From Polyangiaceae bacterium (lineage in GTDB: Bacteria > Myxococcota_A > Polyangia > Polyangiales > Polyangiaceae), in assembly GCA_965222375.1 (NCBI GenBank), contig CBDCTZ010000015.1, forward strand, positions 1,344,001 to 1,408,000: a DNA stretch of 64,000 nucleotides. The letters run 5' to 3'. Positions 36,054 to 45,690 of the stretch are shown here, in pieces (the first letter of the stretch is position 1; every line of letters begins with the position of its first letter). The position numbers and the translations under genes were made by a program. The notes below the pieces were generated by a model, which had not been told where the DNA came from, searched no databases, and worked only from the letters and a program-made list of their open reading frames with translations.

Positions 36054-38315
36054 TCAGGGCGGCGGCGCGAAGCCCGCTTTCCGAGTCGCGTCCTCGAACA
36101 GCCATAGCCGCTGATCGACACCGATGGGGCCGGGGAACTTCACTTCTTTGTTGCCGGGAAACACGACGTGGATCTCGTCCACCTGCGAGGCCCCGGCGAG
36201 ACCGAAGTGCAGCGTCTGCGAATTCTGACCACCTTTGCCACTGCCACCTTGCACCTGACGTAGATACGTCTTGCCACCAGCTTTGACGAACACCCGAGCC
36301 CCAATGCCAGCACGGTTCGCGGCGACGTTGCCCACCACGCGCACCTGCAAGAAATGCTGCGCTACGTTGGCCGTGTTCTGGAACAGCTTGGAAGCGAACA
36401 GATCCACATCGCCATCGTTGTCGTAGTCAGCGGCGGATGCGCCCCAGCCATCCTCGGTGGTGATGCCCGCGTGATAGGCGTCCAATTCGAAGTTGCCGTC
36501 GCCCTGGCCCCAATAAAAGTCCGTGGGCCGGCCGTCGTAAACGGCGGTGATGACCAAATCCAGATTGCCGTCGTTGTTGAAGTCCGAGAGCACCGGAACC
36601 GAGTGCGTCTCTTGGAAGCGCAAGCCTGACGCGCTGAAGGGCGTGTCCCAAGCGCCCGCATGGTCCGTGAAGACGCCCTTGCCGTCGTTGAGCAAGATCT
36701 GAGTCTTGTTGGAGAAGTGGAAGAAGCGCGGGTGCGCCAGGTTAGCGCTGATCAGATCGAAGTCGCCGTCGTTGTCGAGGTCACCCCAGGCTGCACCAAT
36801 CGTGTGCCCGTAGTAGGTCGTAATGGTGCCCTGAAGCGTGCCCTTGCCAGCCACGCCAAGAGCGCTGGCCTTTTCGCTGAAACTGCCCGAGCCGTTATTC
36901 AGATAGAACTGGTTGGCTTGCAGGCGGTAGTTGTTGATGAACAGGTCGATATCGCCATCGCCGTCGACGTCGGCCGGGGCGACGCCACGGCTCGCGCGAC
37001 GGATGCTCGAAAAACCGTTCTTGCCCGACCACTCTTCGAAAACGCCGCCGCCCAGGTTGTGAAAGACTTGGTCCGAGTAGTAGGTCTCTTTGCTCCAGCA
37101 GATGAAATTGGCCAGGTAGAGATCGAGCAGCCCGTCCGAGTCCAAGTCCACCCAGGCGGCTCCTGCTGTCGGCGCATGCACGTTCTTCGGGTCGCCGCAG
37201 TTTTCGTAGTTCTGCACATCGGTGATCTTCGAAGTCGCGGTCACGTCGCTGAAGGTACCGTCGCAGTTCGAGTGCAATAGCGCATCGGCGCTGCTGCCGG
37301 ATTCCGAGAAGAGGAACAAATCCAGGCAGCCGTCGTTGTCGTAGTCGCCGAATACGCCACTGGTCGCACTGATACCTGCAGCAGAAAGCCCGGCGCTGGT
37401 CGTGACGTCGACGAAGGTGCCCTTGTCGTTGCGGTACAGCTTCCCTTGCACCAAGAGATCGTCGTAGCCGTCGTTGTCGTAATCGCCCCAGGAAGCGTGC
37501 TTGCCCTCGGCGACGGTCTGCTCCTGGAAGATCTTGTCTTTGGGCGCGACGTTGTCGGTGTATTCGACGACCAGACGCACCATGAAGTCCCGTTGGAAGG
37601 GAAAGGAGACCCCGCTGAAGTAGCCGGGGGCTTCTGGCAGGTTCAGCGCCGAGTGGCAGCTGTCCCAATCGTCGCAATCTGCAGCAGCCTTGGTCCCGTA
37701 GGCGAAGGCGGGATCCGCCTGGGTCTTGGCCAAGTGCGCCACGTAGACGAGGCCGGGCTCGTCGAAGACGAGGGGAGTGTCCAGGGTGTACGTCGTCCAC
37801 TTGCCGGCTTCGACATCACCGGCGCAGCGCGTTCCGGTCCAAGCCGGCTCTTGCTGCCAATAGTCGAACCCGTTGTGACCGAAGTCCCGATATAGCCCCG
37901 CTTCCAGCTCGAGCTTTGGGTCGGCGTCTGCGGGTACGTTGGCCCACAGCACGGAAAAGCCGAGCACCTTTGCGGGGTGCTCCAGCTCGAAGCGCACGGC
38001 CTCCCAAAGCGGCACTTCGGCTAGGGCGTAGACAGTTCCATCCACGGTGATCTGCGCGGTACTCGTTCGCAGGTTTCCATCCTCAGCGTCGTCGTCCCAG
38101 GACAGCTCCGTACCCGCGAGCAGTGCACCGCCCGCGCTGCCGCATGTGGGCGGCGCCGCATCCGTATCCACACCGGCGTCGAGGTTCGCGTCGGTCCCGG
38201 CATCCACGCCCGGCCCGGGGGTCGCACCCGAATCATCGGACCCACAAGACGCCGGAGTGAAGGCCGCGAAAACACTCAAAGCCGCCGGTAAGACAAAGCG
38301 CGCACGCTGCTTCAT
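36054..38315 (-). CDS. CRTAC1/ASPIC-UnbV family FG-GAP repeat lipoprotein
   Basis: WGDYDNDG repeats; C-terminal NRAGIGARV..GGSG..QN..LHFGL UnbV domain; start MKQRARF. Confidence 0.9.
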   Translation of the reverse strand: MKQRARFVLPAALSVFAAFTPASCGSDDSGATPGPGVDAGTDANLDAGVDTDAAPPTCGSAGGALLAGTELSWDDDAEDGNLRTSTAQITVDGTVYALAEVPLWEAVRFELEHPAKVLGFSVLWANVPADADPKLELEAGLYRDFGHNGFDYWQQEPAWTGTRCAGDVEAGKWTTYTLDTPLVFDEPGLVYVAHLAKTQADPAFAYGTKAAADCDDWDSCHSALNLPEAPGYFSGVSFPFQRDFMVRLVVEYTDNVAPKDKIFQEQTVAEGKHASWGDYDNDGYDDLLVQGKLYRNDKGTFVDVTTSAGLSAAGISATSGVFGDYDNDGCLDLFLFSESGSSADALLHSNCDGTFSDVTATSKITDVQNYENCGDPKNVHAPTAGAAWVDLDSDGLLDLYLANFICWSKETYYSDQVFHNLGGGVFEEWSGKNGFSSIRRASRGVAPADVDGDGDIDLFINNYRLQANQFYLNNGSGSFSEKASALGVAGKGTLQGTITTYYGHTIGAAWGDLDNDGDFDLISANLAHPRFFHFSNKTQILLNDGKGVFTDHAGAWDTPFSASGLRFQETHSVPVLSDFNNDGNLDLVITAVYDGRPTDFYWGQGDGNFELDAYHAGITTEDGWGASAADYDNDGDVDLFASKLFQNTANVAQHFLQVRVVGNVAANRAGIGARVFVKAGGKTYLRQVQGGSGKGGQNSQTLHFGLAGASQVDEIHVVFPGNKEVKFPGPIGVDQRLWLFEDATRKAGFAPPP

Positions 38316-38507
38316 GCGTCGAGCATAGCAGGCCTGAAGGCTCGGCCTCACTGAACGTCCACACGTTTGCCCGGGGCGACAACGTTTCCGCCGCGCGTAG
38401 CCTGGGCGCTCTGGCGCTGGTTTGTTTGGTTGGTTGGGGTCGCGTGCCCTGGGGCGGCAGTGGGCCACTACTCTAGACATGGGCCATGCGAGGGCGCTTG
38501 TGGTGCC

Positions 38508-38801
38508 TTCCCCTTTCCCCTGAACTTGAACTTCAACTTGAACGTCGACGTCGACGTGCCCGTGGACGTGGGCGTCGACTTGCCCTTGGACTTGGGCGTC
38601 GACGTGTCCTTGGACTTGGCCGTCTGCTTTTCCCGTCTACGTTGAAGCAGAGGCCTGCGTGCAAGCAGACGCCTACGTCGAAACAGAAGCCTACGTGCAA
38701 GCAGAAGCCGACGTCGAAGCGGAAGCCTACGTGCAAGCAGACGTCTACGTGGAAGTTGAAGTTGAGGTGTAGGAGGAGGGTAAGTTGAAGGGGAAGGGTT
38801 C
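38508..38801. repeat. Hexamer/18-mer periodic low-complexity repeat with complementary ends
   Basis: Hexamer runs (TTGAAC, GTCGAC, TTGGAC), then 18-nt units such as GCAAGCAGAAGCCTACGT. Left end CCCTTTCCCCTGAACTT is roughly complementary to right end AAGTTGAAGGGGAAGGG. Confidence 0.85.
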
Positions 38802-38828
38802 ACGTTTAGCATAGTTGGGGGCTCGATC

Positions 38829-38944
38829 GCATCCCCGCGCCAGCTGACGCTGGCACTTCGGGGGATGCATGCACGTTGGTGCGTTGCCAGAGCCAGCACG
38901 CTTCACGTCAGAGGTCTCGACCTCCTTCTTGGGTGAAGGAGGTC
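38829..38944 (+). promoter_or_regulatory. Structured leader with RBS-sequestering hairpin
   Basis: GCATCCCC/GGGGATGC encloses GCCAGC/GCTGGC. GACCTCCTTC/GAAGGAGGTC (38919-38944) pairs the AAGGAGG RBS. Confidence 0.6.
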
Positions 38945-38948
38945 TCGA

Positions 38949-39311
38949 ATGACAATGAACACATCCACAACAACATCTTTGCTTCCGCATCATCGGTTGA
39001 AGGCCTATGGCGTCGCGTTGAAACTGCTTGGCGCGGTGCGTGATGCGCGGATCACGGATCGGGATTCGCGGGATCAAGCGCTGCGCGCTGCGAAGGGTGC
39101 TTGTCGCAACATTGCTGAGGCCGCGGGGCGCGTTTCTGGTGGCGATAAAGCTCGCGCGTTCGGCATCGCTCGTGGGGAAACCGTTGAGGCGGTTTGCTCG
39201 GTCGAAATCGCAGTCGAGTCCGGCGCGGGATCGCGGGAAGCGTTGCCTCGTGTGCTCGAGCATGGGAACGCGCTGTACGCGATGCTCACGGCGCTTTCGC
39301 GGGCGCGGTGA
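38949..39311 (+). CDS. Four helix bundle protein (23S rRNA IVS protein / bAvd-like family)
   Basis: LPHHRLKAY, DQALRAA..NIAEAAGR, FGIARGE..E motifs; 120 aa. Confidence 0.85.
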   Translation: MTMNTSTTTSLLPHHRLKAYGVALKLLGAVRDARITDRDSRDQALRAAKGACRNIAEAAGRVSGGDKARAFGIARGETVEAVCSVEIAVESGAGSREALPRVLEHGNALYAMLTALSRAR

Positions 39312-39435
39312 GGGGGGTTTCTGAAGACGGGCCCGAATATGAACTTTCCCACCGCGGTTTGCGCGACTCGGCGGCCACATCACAAGACAACCACTGGCTG
39401 CCGCACGCAAATCGGCACGGCGCGACCCGCGGGGT

Positions 39436-40017
39436 TCAAGGGCCGGTCATGAGTGCAGCCTTGCAAGAGCCGGCTACGCAAGAAGCAGTCACGGCGAACT
39501 TGCAGACTGGCGCGAGATCGCATTTACCGCAGTAGGCTGCACCAATCTGCTTCGCCAACGCAGTCGCAGCTTCCAGGTTCAGTACGTTGATCGCGAGAAC
39601 GGAACACGACGTGTTCCAGCACCCGCCGCCGGTCCTTAGCACTGTGCACTCCACGTCGCTCGTGCAAGGAGTCCACCCATCCAGCGCGACGGAAAACTCC
39701 GCGCCAACCACCTCGGCCACGTCGGCACACCCGATGCAACCTTTTGGCGTGCTGTGGGTCCCGGTGGGGCAGTCTTCCAAACCAGCGTCTCCGCCGTCGC
39801 CACCCGCGTCGGTCGGCTGGCCGGAGTCTGGCTGACCGTCTGCACCGACCGAACCGTCGTCGCCTCTGTTGCCGGCGTCGAAATCGCCCGCGTCGATAGC
39901 TGGCGGCAGGTCCTCACCAACGGGCGACCCATCAGTGACGACATTCCCGCCGCACGCTGCAAGCAGGGATGCCGTCCCCAACCCAACACCGAACCCAATT
40001 TCTCGACCGCTCCGCAT
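39436..40017 (-). CDS. Cys-rich lipoprotein
   Basis: LLAAC lipobox; DAG-rich linker; CTSDVEC..C domain. Confidence 0.65.
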   Translation of the reverse strand: MRSGREIGFGVGLGTASLLAACGGNVVTDGSPVGEDLPPAIDAGDFDAGNRGDDGSVGADGQPDSGQPTDAGGDGGDAGLEDCPTGTHSTPKGCIGCADVAEVVGAEFSVALDGWTPCTSDVECTVLRTGGGCWNTSCSVLAINVLNLEAATALAKQIGAAYCGKCDLAPVCKFAVTASCVAGSCKAALMTGP

Positions 40018-40018
40018 C

Positions 40019-40207
40019 TCAACGTCCCGCGCTGGTAACCGGGACCGGGGCAGGTGCTGGCGTCGAACCGGCTTCGACGGGGTCCTTGCCTCCGTCCAGG
40101 CGTTCTTCGCTACCGGCACCCCCGACCGGGCCATCCAGCACCCTTCCGCCACAGTGCACGAACGTCAACGGAAGTAGAACCAACACCAAGAGCTGCGCGT
40201 TGCTCAT
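40019..40207 (-). CDS. Short (62 aa) lipoprotein-like ORF, possibly truncated
   Basis: ATGA overlap with the upstream stop; MSNAQLLVLVLLPLTFVHC signal followed only by a linker. Confidence 0.45.
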   Translation of the reverse strand: MSNAQLLVLVLLPLTFVHCGGRVLDGPVGGAGSEERLDGGKDPVEAGSTPAPAPVPVTSAGR

Positions 40208-41871
40208 GGACCGATGTTTGAGGCGACTTGCATGGGCCTCGCCGTGACGCTCGTCTGTACCTGGCAAGGCGGAGCCGGGCCAGAATCGGTGAAGGCGCCA
40301 ATAGTGGACCATGCGCCGCCGACCGGTTTGAATTGCGCAATGCCGAAGTAGTCCCCCCAATAGCCCCCCGGCCGCGCGCAAGCGAATCCAAGATGCCAGA
40401 GATCGACCTGGGTGAAAGGAATCGGGAGCGCAACGCCACCGGGTGGCAGAACAAAGAAGAAAGGTCGGTGCTGTACTGCCACGTACGCCGTTGACGGATC
40501 TCCAATTCCCGGTCCAGCTGCCAAGTGGGCGAGATGCCAGTCGGCTCCCCCACCCGGAGGCGTTCCCCGGTTTGCGTATGACAGCGAAACCATGAAGTTC
40601 TTATGTTGGCTTGGCGCGATGGGATCCTCGTCTGTGCCTCGGCCGATCAGGGCCGCGCAGCCGGTTCCTTGGTCCCCCCCGAGTTCCACCACGCGCACTT
40701 GGCGAAGACTTGCGGTATTCTCATACTCGTAGGCGAGTCGAATCGCACCCGTCTGGCTGAACTCGGTGAAACCTATGTCGACTGCGTAGCGATAGGCCTG
40801 ACGAATCGGTTGAACCAGGGTAGCGCCACCGATGGTTACGTCCGGGCTGATGCTCTCGTGAATCTCCGATGCGCCCGTGCAGTTCGCGACCATGTCCAGC
40901 CATCCGTTCGCGAAACCGTTGGAATCCCAGGATACAAAGCCCAGTTTGGGACTGGTGGTGCTTGCTCGAAACGTGAATAGCCATGCATCCGTGCCATCAG
41001 TCACGAGTCGTGGCTCATCCTCGAACAGGAAAGCCTTGGGAGCGTCGGCGGTCGGGCACAGCGGGTCGTTGACCGAGTCGCATGTGATCGGGTTTTCCAC
41101 CAGGTTGGACCATTGGGAGCCGGAACGCCAGACGCGTGTAACGCCTTGGAGCCGGTCCAACGTCGCAACGAACACGTGGCCCGCCCCATCCACAACAATG
41201 GCGGTTTTGTCGACATCGCCAGCTACACCAACGCTCACACACGCTGCCTGACCAAACGACACACCGGCATCGCTGGACCGGAAGACGCACACTCCGCTCG
41301 GTTTGGCTTGCGTCGTTGTACTGCCCGCGCCGTAGGCCGCATTCCAGGCGGGGACGCTGATCGCGAGCGTTGCAATGTAGACGTTTGACTTCACCACCGG
41401 GTCTACCGCGATGGTCGGATCACCGAGCAGAGCTGCCCAGCCAGTTGGAGGTGCCAACTTTCCGTGATAGCTCCAGGTTGAACCGGTTGAGGTGGTCGCC
41501 CAACCCACAACGCTCGCACCGATGCGGTACGTGATCGTGCTGTCATTGGAAGCAAATTCCAGGTCCTTCAGTCCGCTGCCAGGCAAGGGCTTCTCGCTGA
41601 AGTCGTTGAAAACTGTGACCACGCTCGGATTACCGTCGGCGCTCGTCGCCGTAACGACCGCCGTTTCGGCACGCTCCGACTTGCCTGCGGGCAGCGTTAC
41701 CTGTGTTGGTACCGGCTGTGGCGGAGTGCAACTACCAACACAGAGGACCGCGCACAAAAGTATTGTCCACCGTTGGTGGGCAAGCGGCGATGGGCTACGC
41801 TGTGTACTTGCTTTCAAGGCGCGACGCAATTGCTGCGCTCGCTGGCGCTGGTGCCCTGGCGTTTCTCGCAT
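40204..41871 (-). CDS. Exported sialidase/BNR-like beta-propeller protein (start uncertain)
   Basis: GDPTIAVD, FRSSDAGVSF Asp-box, C-terminal YWGDY; CVGSC lipobox. The true start is probably nearer 41760-41790, since the longer frame overlaps the divergent gene. Confidence 0.65.
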   Translation of the reverse strand: MRETPGHQRQRAQQLRRALKASTQRSPSPLAHQRWTILLCAVLCVGSCTPPQPVPTQVTLPAGKSERAETAVVTATSADGNPSVVTVFNDFSEKPLPGSGLKDLEFASNDSTITYRIGASVVGWATTSTGSTWSYHGKLAPPTGWAALLGDPTIAVDPVVKSNVYIATLAISVPAWNAAYGAGSTTTQAKPSGVCVFRSSDAGVSFGQAACVSVGVAGDVDKTAIVVDGAGHVFVATLDRLQGVTRVWRSGSQWSNLVENPITCDSVNDPLCPTADAPKAFLFEDEPRLVTDGTDAWLFTFRASTTSPKLGFVSWDSNGFANGWLDMVANCTGASEIHESISPDVTIGGATLVQPIRQAYRYAVDIGFTEFSQTGAIRLAYEYENTASLRQVRVVELGGDQGTGCAALIGRGTDEDPIAPSQHKNFMVSLSYANRGTPPGGGADWHLAHLAAGPGIGDPSTAYVAVQHRPFFFVLPPGGVALPIPFTQVDLWHLGFACARPGGYWGDYFGIAQFKPVGGAWSTIGAFTDSGPAPPCQVQTSVTARPMQVASNIGP

Positions 41872-42395
41872 GGCAGTTTCTCCTCCCCGCCCGACAGGGT
41901 GGCACGCCCGGCTCCACCGCCAGCACTGATTCCGTACGTTCAGCCCCGGTCAGGAAGTCTTCGACGGAGACTCCTCGCTCGGTCCTAGGCGCACGTTCAA
42001 AGCCTGTCCCGCCTCCGATCCGCCGGCCTGGACGCCCGCAAGAAACTAGGCTTCCGTCGGGGCCGTTCCGCATTCACTGCGGCCCAAACACCATGTGCCT
42101 GCGGGAGACCCAGGTTTGCTGCGAGACCCGCGAGGACGGCTTCATCTGTCGCGAGCGGGACGAATCGTGCGGACGCGGGAACATTCGCCACGAGTGCGAT
42201 GAGACACGCGACTGTCTCGCGGATGAAGTGTGTTGCTATGGGCGTCTGGTGGCGCGGTGCGCACGGGAGTGCGTCACCGGCGAAGACAAGCTGTGTTCGG
42301 ATGACTCCGAGTGCGAGAGTGGTGACTGCATCCTGGGAGGCACGTGCCGAGGCACAGCGCCGGACCGCTTCAAGGCACCATCCATCGCGAAGTGA
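41790..42395 (+). CDS. Cys-rich exported/membrane-anchored protein
   Basis: SRRD followed by a hydrophobic segment; CG..C..VCC, CDETRDC..CC, LC..DSEC motifs. Confidence 0.6.
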   Translation: MGYAVYLLSRRDAIAALAGAGALAFLAWQFLLPARQGGTPGSTASTDSVRSAPVRKSSTETPRSVLGARSKPVPPPIRRPGRPQETRLPSGPFRIHCGPNTMCLRETQVCCETREDGFICRERDESCGRGNIRHECDETRDCLADEVCCYGRLVARCARECVTGEDKLCSDDSECESGDCILGGTCRGTAPDRFKAPSIAK

Positions 42396-42909
42396 CGGCA
42401 GGTGCCATTGACGACCATCCTCTCAGCGCAACCGCTCAGGCCTCCGGTTGAGCGCATGACCGCCGCTCTGGTTCGACCTGACGCACGCCAGCGTTGAACG
42501 TTGAACAGTTGGAACCGCTGCGCGGCCAGCTCTGCCGACGTCAGCGATGGGTGCATACGCTTCCGGGTGGCTGGCCCATTTTCTGTCTTGCTGCGGGCGG
42601 CGCTGACCGCTCGGCCAAGCGGCCATCGCGCGGTAGCGCGAAACTGCGCCGACAACTCTTCTGTCCTACGCAAATGCTCCTGCCCATCCGCGCCGAACGG
42701 TTCGCAGCCCGGTGCGACCATGGGGATGATCCGAAACAGCGTAGCTGGTTGGCAGGGGACCGCAAACGACGTGACGACAATCCAGGCGTCATACTCTAGC
42801 TACGGCAGCTCAGGGAGTTGCGGTATCACGGGTGCCATCACGTGGGCAGCGGCGCAGGGCACAACGTCGACATGTGCATATAAGGTCCCAACTCTCCGGA
42901 CGCGACGGC

Positions 42910-45690
42910 TCAGACCGCGCGGCGCTTCTTGGGCAGGAACTTGCGATCGAAGAGACGAATCCGGCGCACCAGCAAGTCGAGCAAGAACACGATGATGGCG
43001 GCGAAGATGAAGCGACTCCAGAGTTGCTCGTAGTAGATGATCTTCTCGTCGCCGGGGTCGAACACGTCCTTTGGCGCTGGGTCAATCTTGCCCCCGCCGG
43101 CCAACGCCGCGCGCTCCAAGCGCTCAACCTCGGGCTCGAAGCTCGCGTACTCCCGGGGATAAGGGTTGGACACGTGACCGTAGGACACGCCCACGTTCTT
43201 CAAGCTGCCGTTCTTGGCAACCTTGGCGTGGTCAGCGCGCAGCAGGAACGAGCCATAAGAGTCCAGTTCGAAGTTCGCCTCGTAGCGCCCGGGTGCCGTC
43301 TGACGCATGGGCACCTCGCGGCGTTTGCCGCCGGGCTCGGGACCGTTCACGTAGAGGGTCGACTTGATGTCATTGTCGAAACGTTCATCCAAAGTGAACG
43401 CGTCCACAACCGCCCGCACTTTGCCGCCGACGACTTCGGTCTTCATGTCGAGCTCACGGCGGTGCTTGGTGCGCATGTGCTCGCGCACCAGCTGGCCCCA
43501 AAACTTCGAGTAACCGCTCCAGCGCAGCCAATCCACCGCCCAAAGGTTCTTGACGTCGCTGGTCCAGGCGATGCTGTGACCCAAACCTACGCGCCAACGG
43601 GCCAGGATCGGCTCGCCGCGGTCGCTAGCCAAGATGAGCTGAGCGGGCGGCGACTTCATTTGGGTCGCCACATAGCCGTGCAGCAGCGGCGAACTCTGGA
43701 TCGCGATGCCCTTGAGGAAGTCGGCGCGCCCGACGACCTGCACCGGAAACCACTCTTCGACCGCCGCTTGGCGAGCGATCAGCTCGGTCTCACGAGTGAA
43801 GATCTTCGGCAAACTGTTGGGATCCGGAACCGCGTGATAGCGCCCGCCCCCCGTATCCGCGATCATGCGCAGCAGCTCGTGGTCCGCGCCTTCGCCCAAG
43901 CCGACGGACGTGACTGTCACGCTCTCCGCGATCATGGCCTGAATCAGGTCCTTGATTCCCTGAGTCGGAGCACGACCATCCGTCAGCAAGATGACGTGCT
44001 TCTTGCGCGCCTGGACGACGGAGATGTCCTGGTAGGCCATATCCAGGGCAGGAAAGATCTCCGTGCCGCCCCCGGGCTGGATACGAGCAATCTCGTTCTG
44101 GATCCGCGAGCGGTAGCGCGCGGGTTGCATCTTCACGTAGCGCACCGGGGTCGAGTCGAAGGCAATCACTTCGATTAGGTCGTCCCCCTGTAGCGTGGAC
44201 ACCGTCGCCTTGCAGGCCGCCTTGGCCATCTCGATGGGCAGTCCGGTCATGGATCCAGAGCGATCGATCACCAGGGTCATCGCGACACTGGGCTGGTCTT
44301 TGCGACGCTCGGCGTCCATGCGCACTGGCAAGATGCGCTCGATGGTGGTGTGAGCCCAGCCTCCCAAGCCGAAGCCCGATTCGCCACCCGCAAACAGGAA
44401 GCCGCCACCCAAATCTCGAACATACTTTTCGATCAGGTCTTGGGCAGACAGGCTCAGGCGCTCCTTGGGAACGTCAGAGACGATCACGAAGTCGAAGCGC
44501 TCCAGCTCCTTCACGGACCCCGGAAAGGCCGTCGGCGCTCGCACATCCACGTCGAACTGCTGCGCGGACAGAGCACTGGTCAGATAGCTGGCGCGGTGGG
44601 GCTGGCCCTCTACATACAACACCGTGGGACGACCGGGCACGTCCACGGTCACCGAGTAGGCGTTGTTCTCGCCGAACTTGTCGTGGGCAATTTCGTCGAG
44701 CTTGAGGCTGTAGGTCACCTCACCACCCACGCGAACGACGCTCTTGAAGGTGATCTCGTTGTTGCCGGGCGTCAGCTCGAGCTCTCGCACGCCATCCATG
44801 CCGTTCAGCGTCTCGCCTTGATACAAGCGCGCTCGGGCCTTGGTCTTTCGACTCGAGTATACGTCCGCGGTCACGTCGAAGGACTGACCGATGTCCACCT
44901 TCTGCGGAACGCGAAGCCCCTTGAGCGCCACTTCACCCGGCGCGGGCCGGCGATAAGGCACCGCAAAGACTTTGACGCCAAAACCGCGTGCCCGGTTGGC
45001 CTCGGCCAAGATGTCACCGGAAGTCTCCACGCCATCCGTGATCAACACGGCGCGCTTCAGATATCCCGGCGGGAACACGCCGTAGGCGAGGGACAGCGCC
45101 GCCTGCAAGTCGCTGCCTGCACCGGGCTTGTCGACTCCGAGCTCCTTCTCGGCGCCTTGATGCCGCAGGTCTTTCACGGCGGGCACCTTGGGCTTCTTGG
45201 CGTCTTCCCCCAGGTCCACCAGGCGCGGGCGCTTGGCGAAGGTGACCATCCGGATCACGTCCTCCTTGCCCATGCCCTGTGAGGCCTTTTCAACGACGGC
45301 GCGCGCTTCCTCGATGGATGCATCTTCCACGGAGTCGCTCACGTCCACGACGTAGACGGTTGCGACCTTCTTCGTTTCTGCCGTGGTTGCCAGCCGCGCC
45401 AAGGAAAGCCCCAGCAGCGCAATGAAGGTCACCCGCAATAGCAGTGCGAGAATGCGCTGCTGCCACGGCAAGTCCGCCAAGGACTTGTAGATCATCCACA
45501 GCAGCAAAGGCGTGACCAGGACGACGCCGATGGTGCGGGGCTCCAGCAGCTCGTAGGTCTTGCCGGCTCGCTCCCACTTGAAGGCCTCAGCGGGCGCCTC
45601 CACGACGAAACGCACGTACGCCCAAGTCAGAGCCGCTCCCACGGCGAGGGTGAGCAGCACCCAGAGGACCTTCTTTGCGCGCTCGCTCAT
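42910..45690 (-). CDS. Membrane protein with two vWA domains and a GATase1-like domain (MoxR operon)
   Basis: DVSDSV and DRSGSM MIDAS motifs, [24 protein letters not shown]-terminal TM. Confidence 0.85.
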   Translation of the reverse strand: MSERAKKVLWVLLTLAVGAALTWAYVRFVVEAPAEAFKWERAGKTYELLEPRTIGVVLVTPLLLWMIYKSLADLPWQQRILALLLRVTFIALLGLSLARLATTAETKKVATVYVVDVSDSVEDASIEEARAVVEKASQGMGKEDVIRMVTFAKRPRLVDLGEDAKKPKVPAVKDLRHQGAEKELGVDKPGAGSDLQAALSLAYGVFPPGYLKRAVLITDGVETSGDILAEANRARGFGVKVFAVPYRRPAPGEVALKGLRVPQKVDIGQSFDVTADVYSSRKTKARARLYQGETLNGMDGVRELELTPGNNEITFKSVVRVGGEVTYSLKLDEIAHDKFGENNAYSVTVDVPGRPTVLYVEGQPHRASYLTSALSAQQFDVDVRAPTAFPGSVKELERFDFVIVSDVPKERLSLSAQDLIEKYVRDLGGGFLFAGGESGFGLGGWAHTTIERILPVRMDAERRKDQPSVAMTLVIDRSGSMTGLPIEMAKAACKATVSTLQGDDLIEVIAFDSTPVRYVKMQPARYRSRIQNEIARIQPGGGTEIFPALDMAYQDISVVQARKKHVILLTDGRAPTQGIKDLIQAMIAESVTVTSVGLGEGADHELLRMIADTGGGRYHAVPDPNSLPKIFTRETELIARQAAVEEWFPVQVVGRADFLKGIAIQSSPLLHGYVATQMKSPPAQLILASDRGEPILARWRVGLGHSIAWTSDVKNLWAVDWLRWSGYSKFWGQLVREHMRTKHRRELDMKTEVVGGKVRAVVDAFTLDERFDNDIKSTLYVNGPEPGGKRREVPMRQTAPGRYEANFELDSYGSFLLRADHAKVAKNGSLKNVGVSYGHVSNPYPREYASFEPEVERLERAALAGGGKIDPAPKDVFDPGDEKIIYYEQLWSRFIFAAIIVFLLDLLVRRIRLFDRKFLPKKRRAV

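Noticed and set aside
38468..38899. ORFs across the hexamer repeat (e.g. STSTPKSK, VDVDV)
   Set aside because: Low-complexity translations open in several frames are a by-product of the periodic repeat.
38949..39311. Diversity-generating retroelement (Avd-like gene)
   Set aside because: No reverse transcriptase, and no TR/VR pair differing at adenines was seen.
38380..42930. Gene-end duplication bounding the 38.5-42.9 kb block, as at tauE
   Set aside because: Only short matches were found (TACTCTAG, CCGCGCG); there is no convincing att-like repeat.
42501..42995. 164-aa ORF in the unassigned gap
   Set aside because: TTG start, no RBS or motif, and it overlaps the end of the convergent vWA gene.
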